DNA from: an uncultured Acidobacteriota bacterium
GTDB taxonomy: Bacteria; Acidobacteriota; Blastocatellia; RBC074
Assembly (NCBI GenBank): GCA_963796275.1
Contig: CAWCKY010000004.1
Location: 960,001 to 1,024,000 of the forward strand
Direction: 5' to 3'
Length of the DNA stretch: 64,000 bases
Shown piece after piece: positions 40,367-50,948 of this stretch (positions are counted from its first letter, which is position 1; every line of letters starts with the position of its first letter). The notes under the pieces are model-generated. The model had not been told where the DNA came from and did no database searches. It saw only the letters and a list, made by a program, of their open reading frames with translations. The translations under genes were made by a program, and so were the position numbers.

Positions 40367-41602
40367 GTGCAAGAACGTGCAACTTCAAAACCTGACCCAT
40401 CCGGAAGTACAAAAGGTCTGAGGGCCAGTCGGATGGCGGTTCTGACGGCATTTTTCGTAATGGGCGGGGCATTCGCCAGCTGGGTAGCGCGCATACCGGC
40501 GATCCAGCAAAGGCTGGCGATGAATGAAGCCGTGCTGGGCGTCGTGCTGCTGGGGATAGCGCTGGGGGCTTTGTTGGGAATGCCACTGACTGGCGGGCTG
40601 GCGGCGCGCTTTGGCAGCCGCCAGGTGACAAGATGGGCCGCGCTGGCTCATTGTGCCGTGCTGATGCTGCCGGCGCTGATGCCGAATCCGGCCTGGTTGT
40701 TGTGGGCGCTGATCCTGTTCGGAGCGAGCGGGGGTATCATGAATATCGCGATGAATATGCAAGCCGTCGCCGTTGAGGGACGCTATGGGCGCCCAATCAT
40801 GTCGTCGTTTCACGCCTGCTATAGCCTGGGAGGAATGATCGGTGCTTATGTCGGTGGCAAGGTGGCGGCGCTGGGCATCAGCCCGCAGCTACATCTGGTC
40901 GGCGCAGCCGTTATTCTTGGAATCATTGGGATGAGTGCGACACGGTGGCTCTTACCATCGTCGATTGACCGTCTGGGCCAGGAGGCTGATCCCGCGGCGA
41001 AGGCGCCGAAATTCTCATTGCCGACGCGCGCCGTGCTGGGTCTGGGTGTGCTGGCCACTTGTATCATGCTGGGCGAAGGTTCGATGGCTGACTGGGGTAC
41101 GGTCTACCTGCGACGTGTGCTGGGCGCGAGTGAGACCACGGCCGCCAATGGTTATGCGGCTTTTTCGCTGATGATGGCTGCGGGAAGGCTGGCGGGTGAT
41201 TGGGTGAATCAAAGGCTCGGTGCGGTTACACTGACCCGCTGCGGTGGAGCGATGTCAGCTGCGGGACTTGGGGCAGCGCTGCTGCTGGCTGATCCGACGA
41301 TTGCACTGATCGGATTTGGTTGTGTGGGAGTCAGTCTGGCGGCGCTGGTGCCGATAGTCTACAGTGCTTCAGAACGTCAGGGGCTGGCTCCAGGGGTTGG
41401 CCTCGCTTCGGTAAACACGATGGGATATCTCGGATTTCTCAGCGGTCCTCCGATGATCGGTTTGGTATCCGAAATGACCTCATTGCGATTCGGATTGGGG
41501 CTCGTGGTGGTCGCGAACGCTATGATTATATTGCTTGCGCGAGCGGTTAACAGGGAGGGTCTTATCGAGACGAGAAGAGAATTGGCCGAGCTCGCACATT
41601 AG
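40367..41602 (+). CDS. MFS transporter (sugar-type)
   Basis: FASWVARIPAI, RPIMSSFHA, GEGSMADW, GRLAGD, GPPMIG; about 12 TM; start uncertain. Confidence 0.85.
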   Translation: MQERATSKPDPSGSTKGLRASRMAVLTAFFVMGGAFASWVARIPAIQQRLAMNEAVLGVVLLGIALGALLGMPLTGGLAARFGSRQVTRWAALAHCAVLMLPALMPNPAWLLWALILFGASGGIMNIAMNMQAVAVEGRYGRPIMSSFHACYSLGGMIGAYVGGKVAALGISPQLHLVGAAVILGIIGMSATRWLLPSSIDRLGQEADPAAKAPKFSLPTRAVLGLGVLATCIMLGEGSMADWGTVYLRRVLGASETTAANGYAAFSLMMAAGRLAGDWVNQRLGAVTLTRCGGAMSAAGLGAALLLADPTIALIGFGCVGVSLAALVPIVYSASERQGLAPGVGLASVNTMGYLGFLSGPPMIGLVSEMTSLRFGLGLVVVANAMIILLARAVNREGLIETRRELAELAH

Positions 41603-41644
41603 ATACAGAGCTCAACCGGGTCCCCCGACCGCCTGCGACTTTTT

Positions 41645-42409
41645 ATGCTGACTGCTGAACGTAAACAAATCATCCTTGAAAGACTACGCCGCGATGGCAA
41701 GGTGCTGGCGTCGGAGTTGAGTAAAGAATTCGAGATATCAGAAGACACCATCCGGCGCGATCTGCGCGACCTGGCGGCGGCAGGCATGCTGCAGCGCGTT
41801 CACGGCGGGGCGTTGCTCAAGCCTCCGATTGCGGCGACCTATGCCGCGCGGCAGAAACAATCGACGGGAGCGAAGGTTGCGATTGCGAAGGCGGCGGCGG
41901 CGCTGGTGCGCAACGGCCAGGTGATCTTTCTGGATGGCGGCACCACAACGTTGCAGGTCGTACAATATCTACCCCAAGACCTTCGAGCAACGATTGTGAC
42001 CAACAGCGCCCCGCACGCGATTGCGCTGGCCGAACATCCTTCGGTAGATATCATTCTGATCGGCGGGAAATTTCTGAAGGAAGGATTGATTACCGTAGGA
42101 ATGGAAATGTTTGAATCGTTCAATCATATCAAGGCCGATCTGTGCCTCCTCGGTGTCTGCAGTCTGCATCGCGAAATCGGCATTACAGTTACGGATCTGG
42201 AAGAATCACAGCGTAAACGCGCCATGATCAACGGCGCAGCTGAGGTCGTCGCGCTGGCCACGGCCGAGAAACTGGAAACCGCGTCGCCGTTCGTCGTGGC
42301 TCCGTTGAAAGAACTGACCTATCTGGTGACAGAACAGTCTGCAAACACTCGTGTTCTGAAGCAGTATGAAAAACTGGGGATCACGGTAGTGAAGGCATCA
42401 GACCGATGA
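41645..42409 (+). CDS. DeoR/GlpR-family transcriptional regulator
   Basis: ERKQIIL, ISEDTIRRDLRDL, RVHGGA, IFLDGGTT. Confidence 0.95.
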   Translation: MLTAERKQIILERLRRDGKVLASELSKEFEISEDTIRRDLRDLAAAGMLQRVHGGALLKPPIAATYAARQKQSTGAKVAIAKAAAALVRNGQVIFLDGGTTTLQVVQYLPQDLRATIVTNSAPHAIALAEHPSVDIILIGGKFLKEGLITVGMEMFESFNHIKADLCLLGVCSLHREIGITVTDLEESQRKRAMINGAAEVVALATAEKLETASPFVVAPLKELTYLVTEQSANTRVLKQYEKLGITVVKASDR

Positions 42410-43053
42410 ACGACTCAAAGAGGGCGATTGTATTCGATCTCGGTGGCGTGTTGATAGACTGGAATCCGCGCCACCTTTACCGCAAGCTTTTTGATGATGA
42501 AGCAGCGATGGAAAAGTTCTTGTCGGAGATCTGTACTCCGCACTGGAATGAACAGCAAGATGCTGGGCGGCCTTTTGCGGACGCGGTGAAACTTCTGGTT
42601 GCGGAATATCCACCATACGAAAGCTACATCAGAGATTTTTGGGATCGCTGGCAAGAGATGATCGGCGGCGAGATTGAACCGACGGTGGCCATCATGGCTG
42701 AATTGAAGGCTGCGGGATATCCGCTCTATGGGTTGAGCAACTGGTCAGCGGAAACTTTTGCGCGGACGCGCCCGATGTTCAAGTTCTTTAACTGGTTTGA
42801 ATATCTGGTGATCTCGGGCGAAGTCAAACTGATCAAACCTGATCCGCGCATCTTTGAGCTATTGCTGAGCAAAATCGGCCGGCCCGCTTATGAATGTGTT
42901 TACATCGATGATTCAGCAGCGAATGTGTCGGCCGCTGGGAAACTCGGTTTTGAGGCGATCCATTTCAGAACGGCAGAGCAGTTGCGAAAAGACCTGGCCG
43001 GATTGGAGATCTCTTCAGTCTCACCAAGAGCGATTTCTCCGATTTACCCCTAA
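42406..43053 (+). CDS. HAD-family phosphatase
   Basis: FDLGGVLIDW, LSNW, KPDPRIF, YIDDSAAN; ATGA overlap. Confidence 0.9.
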   Translation: MNDSKRAIVFDLGGVLIDWNPRHLYRKLFDDEAAMEKFLSEICTPHWNEQQDAGRPFADAVKLLVAEYPPYESYIRDFWDRWQEMIGGEIEPTVAIMAELKAAGYPLYGLSNWSAETFARTRPMFKFFNWFEYLVISGEVKLIKPDPRIFELLLSKIGRPAYECVYIDDSAANVSAAGKLGFEAIHFRTAEQLRKDLAGLEISSVSPRAISPIYP

Positions 43054-43263
43054 CCAGATGCAAACGACCTTAGAAAAATACAAGACTATTTCTCTATCCG
43101 GTGACTTAATTAAAGTAGAACAATGCTCAAGATAGCTTTGAATCATTCCGGCCACATGTATCGCCTGAAGAAAGTCCACAACGGCATTCTCAGCTAAACG
43201 CTCGAACATAATCTGCTTAGTACAGCAGAGGGAATGGGATTCGCCAATGAATCGGAGGATGGA

Positions 43264-46200
43264 ATGAACACAAAAACATCGTCTCAGTTAATACTGCAGG
43301 CTATCGTAATTACCGCAGTCATGATTGCGCACGCAAGCACGGTTTTAGCGCAAAACACAACGACAGGAATCCGCGGAATCGTACGCGATCAAACAGGAGC
43401 CGTGGTCCCGCAGGCCGCGATCAAGCTGACGGATAACGCCACCGGGATCGAGCACACGACCGTCTCTTCCAGCGATGGCGGGTTCTTGATCCCCAATTTG
43501 CAATCGGGCACTTACAAGATGACCGCGTCCGCCGCGGGCTTCCAAGCCGCGGCTTTTCACGCGATAACCGTCGATTCAGGCCGGACCACCAACGTCTCGA
43601 TCGATCTGCAGGTCGGCGTCGCGTCGGAGGTGGTGCAGGTGACGGCGAGCGATGCGCGGCTCGACACGACATCGAACGAGATCGGCACGACGATCAACAA
43701 CAAGCTGGTTCAGAACTTGCCCTACAGCGGCCGCGAAAGCCTGAACTTCGCTGTACTTATGGCAGGCAATTCGCAAGCCAATTCGGAACGCAACAGCACG
43801 TTCAACGGTCTCCCCAATGCTTCGCTCAACATCTCGCTCGACGGCATGAACAACAATTCACAGCGCTTCAAAAGCGGCGGTACGAGTTTCTTCGCTTTCG
43901 CTCCGGCGCGGATCGATGCCATCGAAGAGGTGACTGTTTCGACAACCGGGCTGGGCGCGGAGGCGGGAGGTCAAGGCGCTATGCAGATTCGCCTCACGAC
44001 CAAGCGCGGAACCGAGAATTATCACGGACAGATTCTCTATCAGATGCGCAATGAAGCTCTCAACGCGAATACGTTTTTCAACAACCTGTCGGGACGGCCG
44101 CGCAACAGGGTGCGCGAAAACGACGCGGTCGGATCCATCGGCGGCCCGTTGCTGCCGTTCATTCCATATTTCAAAAAGAAGCTGTTCTTCTTCGCTTATT
44201 ATGAAGCCGTTCCGCAACCGGGCACGCAAAATTCATCGACCAGTGTGCTATCTCCTTTGGCGCAACAGGGTATCTTTACTTATATCGGAACAGACGGTAA
44301 GAAATACAGTCCGAACCTGCTGGCGATAGCCGGCGAACACGGTCATACAAACACAGTTGATCCCACCATTGCCGGTATCCTGAGCTCGATCAATGACACC
44401 CGAGCAATGGCCGCCGGCTTTCTCCCTATCGCCGGAATTCCGTCCGAATTCCAACAGACAATGCAGTGGACACAGGCACCAATACCGAGACTTATTACCC
44501 AACCGTGCGCCTGGACTATCACATTACCCCGGCTGTCGCGTGGCACGGCACCTGGAATCTGAGGAATAACAAGATCGCTGGTAGACCGTCCTATCCGGGC
44601 AATCCCTATTCCTTCGCGCCAAACGAAACTCCCTACCAGATCACGACATATGTGGCTACCAACGCAGTGGATTGGACGATCAGGCCGAATCTGGTCAACA
44701 ACACAACATTCGGCATTCAGAGCAATGGCGAATACTTCACTAAAGGCGCTGAACCTCAACAATATTCCGTTTACGGAAACCGAATCTTAAACTTTCCGAC
44801 GATAAACAACGTTCCGTTGATCGCCCCATTCGTTCCGGGCTCCGGCCAGCAGCCGTCTATTCGAAATAATCCCGTCTACCAGCTCACCGACAACCTGAGC
44901 TGGGTCAAGGGGCGCCACACCCTGACTTTCGGCGGCACAATGCTGCACACAACCTTCTACGATACGTCCTATGGCAGCGCGGGAGTGCCGCAATACGAAT
45001 TCGGAGTGGTAGCGAGCGATCCGATGAACCAATTCCTCAGGACTAAACTGGAAAATATCAACACCAATAACAACGATATCAACAATGCGCTCAATCTCTA
45101 TGCGCTGCTCACGGGTCGAATCACCAGCATCAACGTTTCAACGAATGTGGACGAGATGTCGAAGACATATAGCCAGTTCGCTCCGGTCACGCAGCGCTTC
45201 GCCTTCACCACCGTCGGCGTTTACGCGCAGGACAGTTTTCGCATCAACCCGGACCTCACGCTGAACTTCGGATTGCGATGGCAATTCGACGGCAGCATTC
45301 ACAGCACCAACGGTATCAATTCCATGGCTGCCGGACCGAACTTCTATGGGCCATCCACCGGGCTCTTCCAGCCGGGAGTATTGAGCGGGGTCACGAATCC
45401 GGGCTTCGTCCAGGTATCAAATCCTTATAAACGCGATTTCGTGAATCCGGCTCCCAATTTCGGCTTCGCGTGGAATCCATCCGGAGAAAAGGGTCTCCTG
45501 GGTAGGCTTTTCGGAGATCGTAAAACTGTCATCCGCGGCGCTTACTCAATCACTTTCTATAATGAGGGGATGAACGCCATCTCCAACGTGCTCTCGGGAG
45601 GTCAGGGTACAAGGCAGAATGGCTCGGTTACGAACGGCACGAATTTCACGGCGGGAGAGCTGGAGCTGCGTATGCCTGCGCCACCGATCAGGGTCTTCCC
45701 CGATACATTCAGTTTTCCTATAGCGCAGTCCGCATTCGCGACCCCGCAAACAGGCAACTTCGTCAATCCGAATCTTGTATCGCCATATACGCAGAACTGG
45801 ACCCTTGGTATACAGAGGCAACTCACGCGGAATATGGTGCTCGAACTCCGGTATGTCGGTAATAAGGCCACTCACATGTGGCACCGCCAGAATCGCCAGG
45901 AGACCAATATTTTCGAGAACGGTTTTCTCGATCAGTTCAACCAGGCGAAGCGGAACCTCGATATCAACGAAGCAATCTTAAGAGTGCCGACATTTGCCAA
46001 CAACAACCTGCCCGGTCAGGCTTCGATTCCTATTTTCGAGGCCGCCTTCGGAAAGCTGGGGATTCAGAATACAGTCGCCAACAATCAGGGTTTCGGTTCC
46101 GCGACATTTATCCAGAATCTGAAGCAAGGCACTGCAGGTACGCTGGCAAATACCCTTGCTACCAATAACACCTATTTCTGCCGTCTGGTGGGGAACAATC

Positions 46201-47105
46201 TCCCCGCCTGTGCAACCGCCGGTTTCAACACACCCGGCATTTACCCGATCAACCTCTTTCGCGCCAACCCATTTGTAGGCAACCTCGATTACCAGGACTC
46301 GAATGGCGATTCCAATTACAACGCGATGCAGATCGATCTTCGCCACCAATACGCCAATGGGTTGCTGCTCGGCACCAACTATACCTGGGCGCATTCCCTG
46401 AGCGACATCCTGAACCGTGATGATCAAGCTGCCGGGTATACCTGGTACACACTGCGCAATGCCCGTCTCAATTACGGGCCGACGCCGTTCGATCGCCGGC
46501 ATGTCTTCAACCTCTTCTGGACCTACGATCTGCCTTTCGGTAAAGGGCGGAAGTTCGGTGTCGCCAACCCCGTCATCGATCGGGTCATCGGAGGCTGGAC
46601 GCTCGGCGGACGCGAGTCGATTGCGTCCGGCGATCCGGTACTACTCAACGGCGGCCGCAACACAGTCAACAATCTCACACAAGCCGGTGTGGTCTTCGGC
46701 GGCGACCTCACTCCGCAGCAGTTACAGAAAGCGTTGAGCTCGGTGGCGGGTGACTTCTCCCCCACCGCGCTCATCTCAAACATAGCGGAGATCGCGACGA
46801 TCAGCAGGAATACGAATTCCAGTCAGGTCAACGCTGCGCTCTACGCTCCGGCCTCCACACCGGGCCAGTACGCCGCGTTCGTCTATCTGCGCAACAACAC
46901 CAGCTTCCAATTTGATATGAGCGTCAACAAGGAGATCCGCATCAATGAACGAATGCGGCTGACTCTGCGAGCGGTTGCCTTGAACTTCCTGAACCATCCG
47001 TTCTTCGACCTGGGGAACACCAGTCCGACCGCCACATCGTTCGGACAGATCACCAGCGCTAGCGGGAATCGAACGGTGCAGTTGCGCGCGAGCTTCGATT
47101 GGTAG
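43264..47105 (+). CDS. Oar-like TonB-dependent receptor with N-terminal carboxypeptidase-regulatory-like domain (frameshift ~44475)
   Basis: Signal peptide, GIVRDQTGAVVP, TKRGTENYHG, YAQDSFR...LTLNFGLRW, APNFGFAW, C-terminal RTVQLRASFDW. Confidence 0.85.
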
Positions 47106-47384
47106 GATTCAGGGAAGGATGTGTAATTTAATGGTTTGTTGGAGCCCAAGTTTTATGGACCTGAGGGCCAGAGGCGCTGGATATTTGTAGCATTCAAGTA
47201 CCCAAATCTCGCAGGCTCCGGAGAAGCGAGATATAGACATCCATATGTTGCTCCTCCGCCGGAGCTTGCAGGGCTTGGATGATCGATTACTATAAACATC
47301 AGGCTCATCAGGGGCCCGATCAGAAGCTATTGATAACAAGCACCCTTAAATTGCACTCGTTCAACATATCAATCTGAAGTGTCG

Positions 47385-49070
47385 ATGAGTAAAAGTATTG
47401 CACATGTCACCATCCTCGTAACCTTCCTCGCGCTCGCCGGGTATTTCTTGCGATCGACAGGACATCAAAGTCCAACTGGACCGATCACACCGCCCATTAT
47501 GACGAGCCCTCCAGGCGCAGCCGCGGTCGAACAACGATCCCCGGGCTCACTGCCGGGAGCGGAGCTGGTGGCGAGCTTCGACGGTCTGGGTGCGGGATTT
47601 CAAGGACCGCAGGGCAGCGCGACGCTCCGCAACCCCTCCGATAACACGCTCGCCGTAGGGCCGAACCACATATTTCAGATAGTCAATACGCGAATGGCTA
47701 TCTTCACGAAGCAAGGCAAGCTATTCGAGAAAACCGGCAAAGTGCTCTACGGCCCGGTTCCGACCAATACCCTTTTCAAAGGTTTCGGCGGCACCTGCGA
47801 AGCTATCAACAACGGCGATGCGGTCGTCCGCTACGATCAGCTCGCCGATCGCTGGCTGATCGTTATGCCGATCTTCCGCCGCGGCGCTATCCGGCCTGAT
47901 CAGCCGTCTTCCGGCCGTTCCGGCGGCCCCGCGCAAGTGAGCGTGCCCGGCCAGCCGGGTCAGCCGGGTCCGGCCGCACCGCTCTTCGTCCCGCCACCGT
48001 CCGGAGCTCCCGCCCAACAACCGCAGCGTGGACAATCCACCCCCCAGGGCCCGTACTCGATGTGCTATGCCATCAGCGCCGGTCCGGACCCGTTCGGGAG
48101 CTACTATCGCTATGAATTCTTGCGACCGCTCTTCCCCGATTATCCGCGCCCGGCGATCTGGTCCGATGGCTATTACATTCCTACCAGCACCGGCGATGAA
48201 GTGATTCAAAAGCATGCCTGCGTCGTAGAGCGGGCAAAGATGCTCAAGGGCGAGCCGGCTTCCGAGCAGTGCGTGATCATCGACGGCGTAAACTTCCTGA
48301 ACAATGCGGACATAGACGGCAAGGCGCTGCCGCCTCCCGGAGCGCCGAACATCATGATGGCGGCCGGAGGAACACAGTTGAAAAATGATTTCGAGGATGA
48401 CGGAATCTTCACCTGGAAGTTTCACGTCGACTGGCGGAATCCAGCCAATACGAAGGTCAGCGGCCCGGAGAAGATCGTGGTGGCACCCTATCATTATTTG
48501 TGTGGCGGCCAGCTGACGAACTGTGTTCCGCAGCCGGGCACTGAGCGGCGGCTCGATGCACAGGGAGATAAGATCATGGCGCGGGTCGTTTATCGAAGGA
48601 TCGGCGCGCGCGAATCGCTGGTCGCCGTGCACTCGGTCAATACTTCAGCGGGTAGCGGCGGCGTTCGCTGGTACGAATTCCGCGTCGACAGAAAGAGGGT
48701 CGTTCGCCTGCATCAACAGGGCACTTATGCACCCGACGGTTTTTTCCGCTGGATGGCCAGCCCGGCTATCGACCGGTTCGGCAACATCGGCATCGGGTAC
48801 TCGTTCGGTGGTGCGCCGAACTTCGCCGGGCAACGCTTCGCCGGACGCCGCACCGACGACCCGCCGGGTAAATTGACAATGCGCGAGACAATCCTGGTGG
48901 AAGGCGAGGGCGCACAGAATGCCATGCGCTGGGAGGATTACACCCAGACCGCCATCGATCCGAGCGATGATTGCACGATCTGGTACGTCGGTGATTACAT
49001 CAGGAAAGGCGAGACCAATTATTCGAGCCGGATCGGCGCGTTTCGGCTTCCGGGCTGCCGTGGGAAGTGA
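47385..49070 (+). CDS. Exported hypothetical protein (beta-rich, Pro/Gln-rich insert)
   Basis: N-terminal hydrophobic segment; PSDNTLAVGPNH, YDQLADRW, DYPRPAIW, RWEDY; function unknown. Confidence 0.75.
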   Translation: MSKSIAHVTILVTFLALAGYFLRSTGHQSPTGPITPPIMTSPPGAAAVEQRSPGSLPGAELVASFDGLGAGFQGPQGSATLRNPSDNTLAVGPNHIFQIVNTRMAIFTKQGKLFEKTGKVLYGPVPTNTLFKGFGGTCEAINNGDAVVRYDQLADRWLIVMPIFRRGAIRPDQPSSGRSGGPAQVSVPGQPGQPGPAAPLFVPPPSGAPAQQPQRGQSTPQGPYSMCYAISAGPDPFGSYYRYEFLRPLFPDYPRPAIWSDGYYIPTSTGDEVIQKHACVVERAKMLKGEPASEQCVIIDGVNFLNNADIDGKALPPPGAPNIMMAAGGTQLKNDFEDDGIFTWKFHVDWRNPANTKVSGPEKIVVAPYHYLCGGQLTNCVPQPGTERRLDAQGDKIMARVVYRRIGARESLVAVHSVNTSAGSGGVRWYEFRVDRKRVVRLHQQGTYAPDGFFRWMASPAIDRFGNIGIGYSFGGAPNFAGQRFAGRRTDDPPGKLTMRETILVEGEGAQNAMRWEDYTQTAIDPSDDCTIWYVGDYIRKGETNYSSRIGAFRLPGCRGK

Positions 49071-49144
49071 AAGTTTTCAGTTTTAAGTTTTCAGTTTTAA
49101 GTTGGAGAAACTTGAATCAGCAACTTAAAACTTAAACTATTTCC
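49070..49144. repeat. Heptamer-repeat inverted element (AGTTTTM)n ... (AAAACTT)n
   Basis: agttttcagttttaagttttcagttttaagttg ... caacttaaaacttaaactatttcc. Confidence 0.8.
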
Positions 49145-49158
49145 TGAGGAGAAAACAA

Positions 49159-50058
49159 ATGAGAGGCTCCCTGATTGCTGGGATAGTTCTTATTCTTTGG
49201 GCGACCGGAGCGATGGCACAGGAGAATGAGAAGCCATTGATCGAGGATTACGTTCGCTCGTCTATCAGCGCGCCGCCCGCACCGCTCGGCGTCGATCCAT
49301 TCTATCGAAAATATTCTGACGCACTGGGCATCTCGATTCTCAGCTCCGAGAAAGTTCCGGACGCCGCGGTACTCGTCGCGTGTGACATCGCCATCCATAT
49401 GCTTGCGAAGCGTCCCGACCTGAGGGCGGAGATGGTCAAGAAGAAGATGCGCGTCGGAGTCATGGCGCAGTCGGAGTCGACGACCGACATCCCGGAACAC
49501 CGGAACAACAAAAAGCCGGCTCCCAACGATCGACGCCTGACGCCGCAGGAGAGAGCCAATTACGACAAGCCAGGCGGAATCGGCGGTATGACCGATAAGG
49601 AGTATTGGAATAGACGAGCGCGCGGACTCGGCGGAAATCCGACAACCTGCGCGGAAGAGAATCTGCTCGGTTATCCGGGCACCCGATACTTCGGCGAGAA
49701 CATCTTCGTCCACGAGTTCGCGCATGGGATTATGGGCATCGGCATTCGAACAGCCGACTCATCGCTTTACGCGGAGATACAGGCCGCATACAAAGAGGCG
49801 ATGGCGAAGGGGCTGTGGAAGAATCATTACGCCTCGACTAATGCCAACGAATACTGGGCCGAAGGTACGCAAACCTGGTTCTGGTCGAATTATGAATACC
49901 GGGACGGAGAGAAACGCGTTCAGTCGCCCGATGACTTACTGGCTTACGACCCGCGACTGTATGAACTGCTAGGCCGCGTCTATCCGGATCACCACATTCC
50001 GATGGATGTTTATTATGGGAAGAACATACCACCGCCCCGCAGAAGACAAACACCCTGA
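49159..50058 (+). CDS. Exported zinc metallopeptidase-like protein (lethal-factor/gluzincin-like)
   Basis: Signal peptide ending AMA; RARGLGG, ENIFVHEFAH, YASTNANEYWAEG, YDPRLYELL; GAGGAG RBS. Confidence 0.75.
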   Translation: MRGSLIAGIVLILWATGAMAQENEKPLIEDYVRSSISAPPAPLGVDPFYRKYSDALGISILSSEKVPDAAVLVACDIAIHMLAKRPDLRAEMVKKKMRVGVMAQSESTTDIPEHRNNKKPAPNDRRLTPQERANYDKPGGIGGMTDKEYWNRRARGLGGNPTTCAEENLLGYPGTRYFGENIFVHEFAHGIMGIGIRTADSSLYAEIQAAYKEAMAKGLWKNHYASTNANEYWAEGTQTWFWSNYEYRDGEKRVQSPDDLLAYDPRLYELLGRVYPDHHIPMDVYYGKNIPPPRRRQTP

Positions 50059-50071
50059 GCCTAATTACATG

Positions 50072-50884
50072 TCATCGCCACTCAAGAGGTGGAAGATAAT
50101 CCTTATTTTGCCCGATCACATCCCGATCGGCGTTGAAACGGCGGCCCCACAATTCATGGCTGATCGCAACAACCAGATTGCTTCCATCGTCTGAATCATC
50201 GGCGGGCGTCAACAATCGCCCCCATTCAGGCTTCACACCCAAGACGTCGAAGAAATTTCCCGAGACCAACTCGCCTTCCACGCGCTCCGCTTCCCGGCCG
50301 TCGTTTAAATTGAAAGAGCCGCCGGCTTTCACCGCCAGACCGGACATCACATTGTTGTGGTCGCGGTAATCGAGGTAGTCGGGATACGAAAACTCGCTGA
50401 AGCCTCGGCCTTCGTATGTCCGGTTTACTTGCGCCAGCCGCCCCGACTCGGTCACGCCGCGGAGTGGCTTGAACAACAAGGGGTTGATAAAACTGAAGAC
50501 CGCCGTGTTCGCTCCAATGCCGAGCGCCAGAGTGATGACGGCGATCAAAGTGAACCCCGGGTTCTTCATCAACATTCGCGCGCCGTAACGCAGGTCTTGC
50601 CAAAAGTCTGCAATCATATTCACCCTTCTGTTGTTTCCGAGAGGGATTGGCTCCTGCGTGACCCGCCACTCAACGTGCCGCAGTCCCCGTTGTAGCGTTG
50701 CGCCCTCGCTCAACTCCGCCTGCACCCGGCGCTCTGCTTCTGCTTCTGTCGTGCCGTTCGCCAACGCTTCTTCGTAACAGTCATCGAGGTGCTGTGAGAG
50801 TTCCTCGACGATCTCGGCTTCTCGTGCGGGCTCAAGCTGCAAGCGCGCCAGCCGCTGTCTGATCTCGTGTTTCCATTCAGGAAT
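50072..50884 (-). pseudogene. Truncated ADOP permease (N-terminal third only; start codon reads ATT)
   Basis: IPEWKHEIRQRLARLQLEPAREAEIVEELSQHL...QDLRYGARML; breaks off after DRDVIGQ. Confidence 0.75.
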
Positions 50885-50948
50885 CTGCGATTCCTTTTAA
50901 CTCTCCCGGTCGCGTATCGTCTGGGAGAGTGTCATCACGATTCCAACG

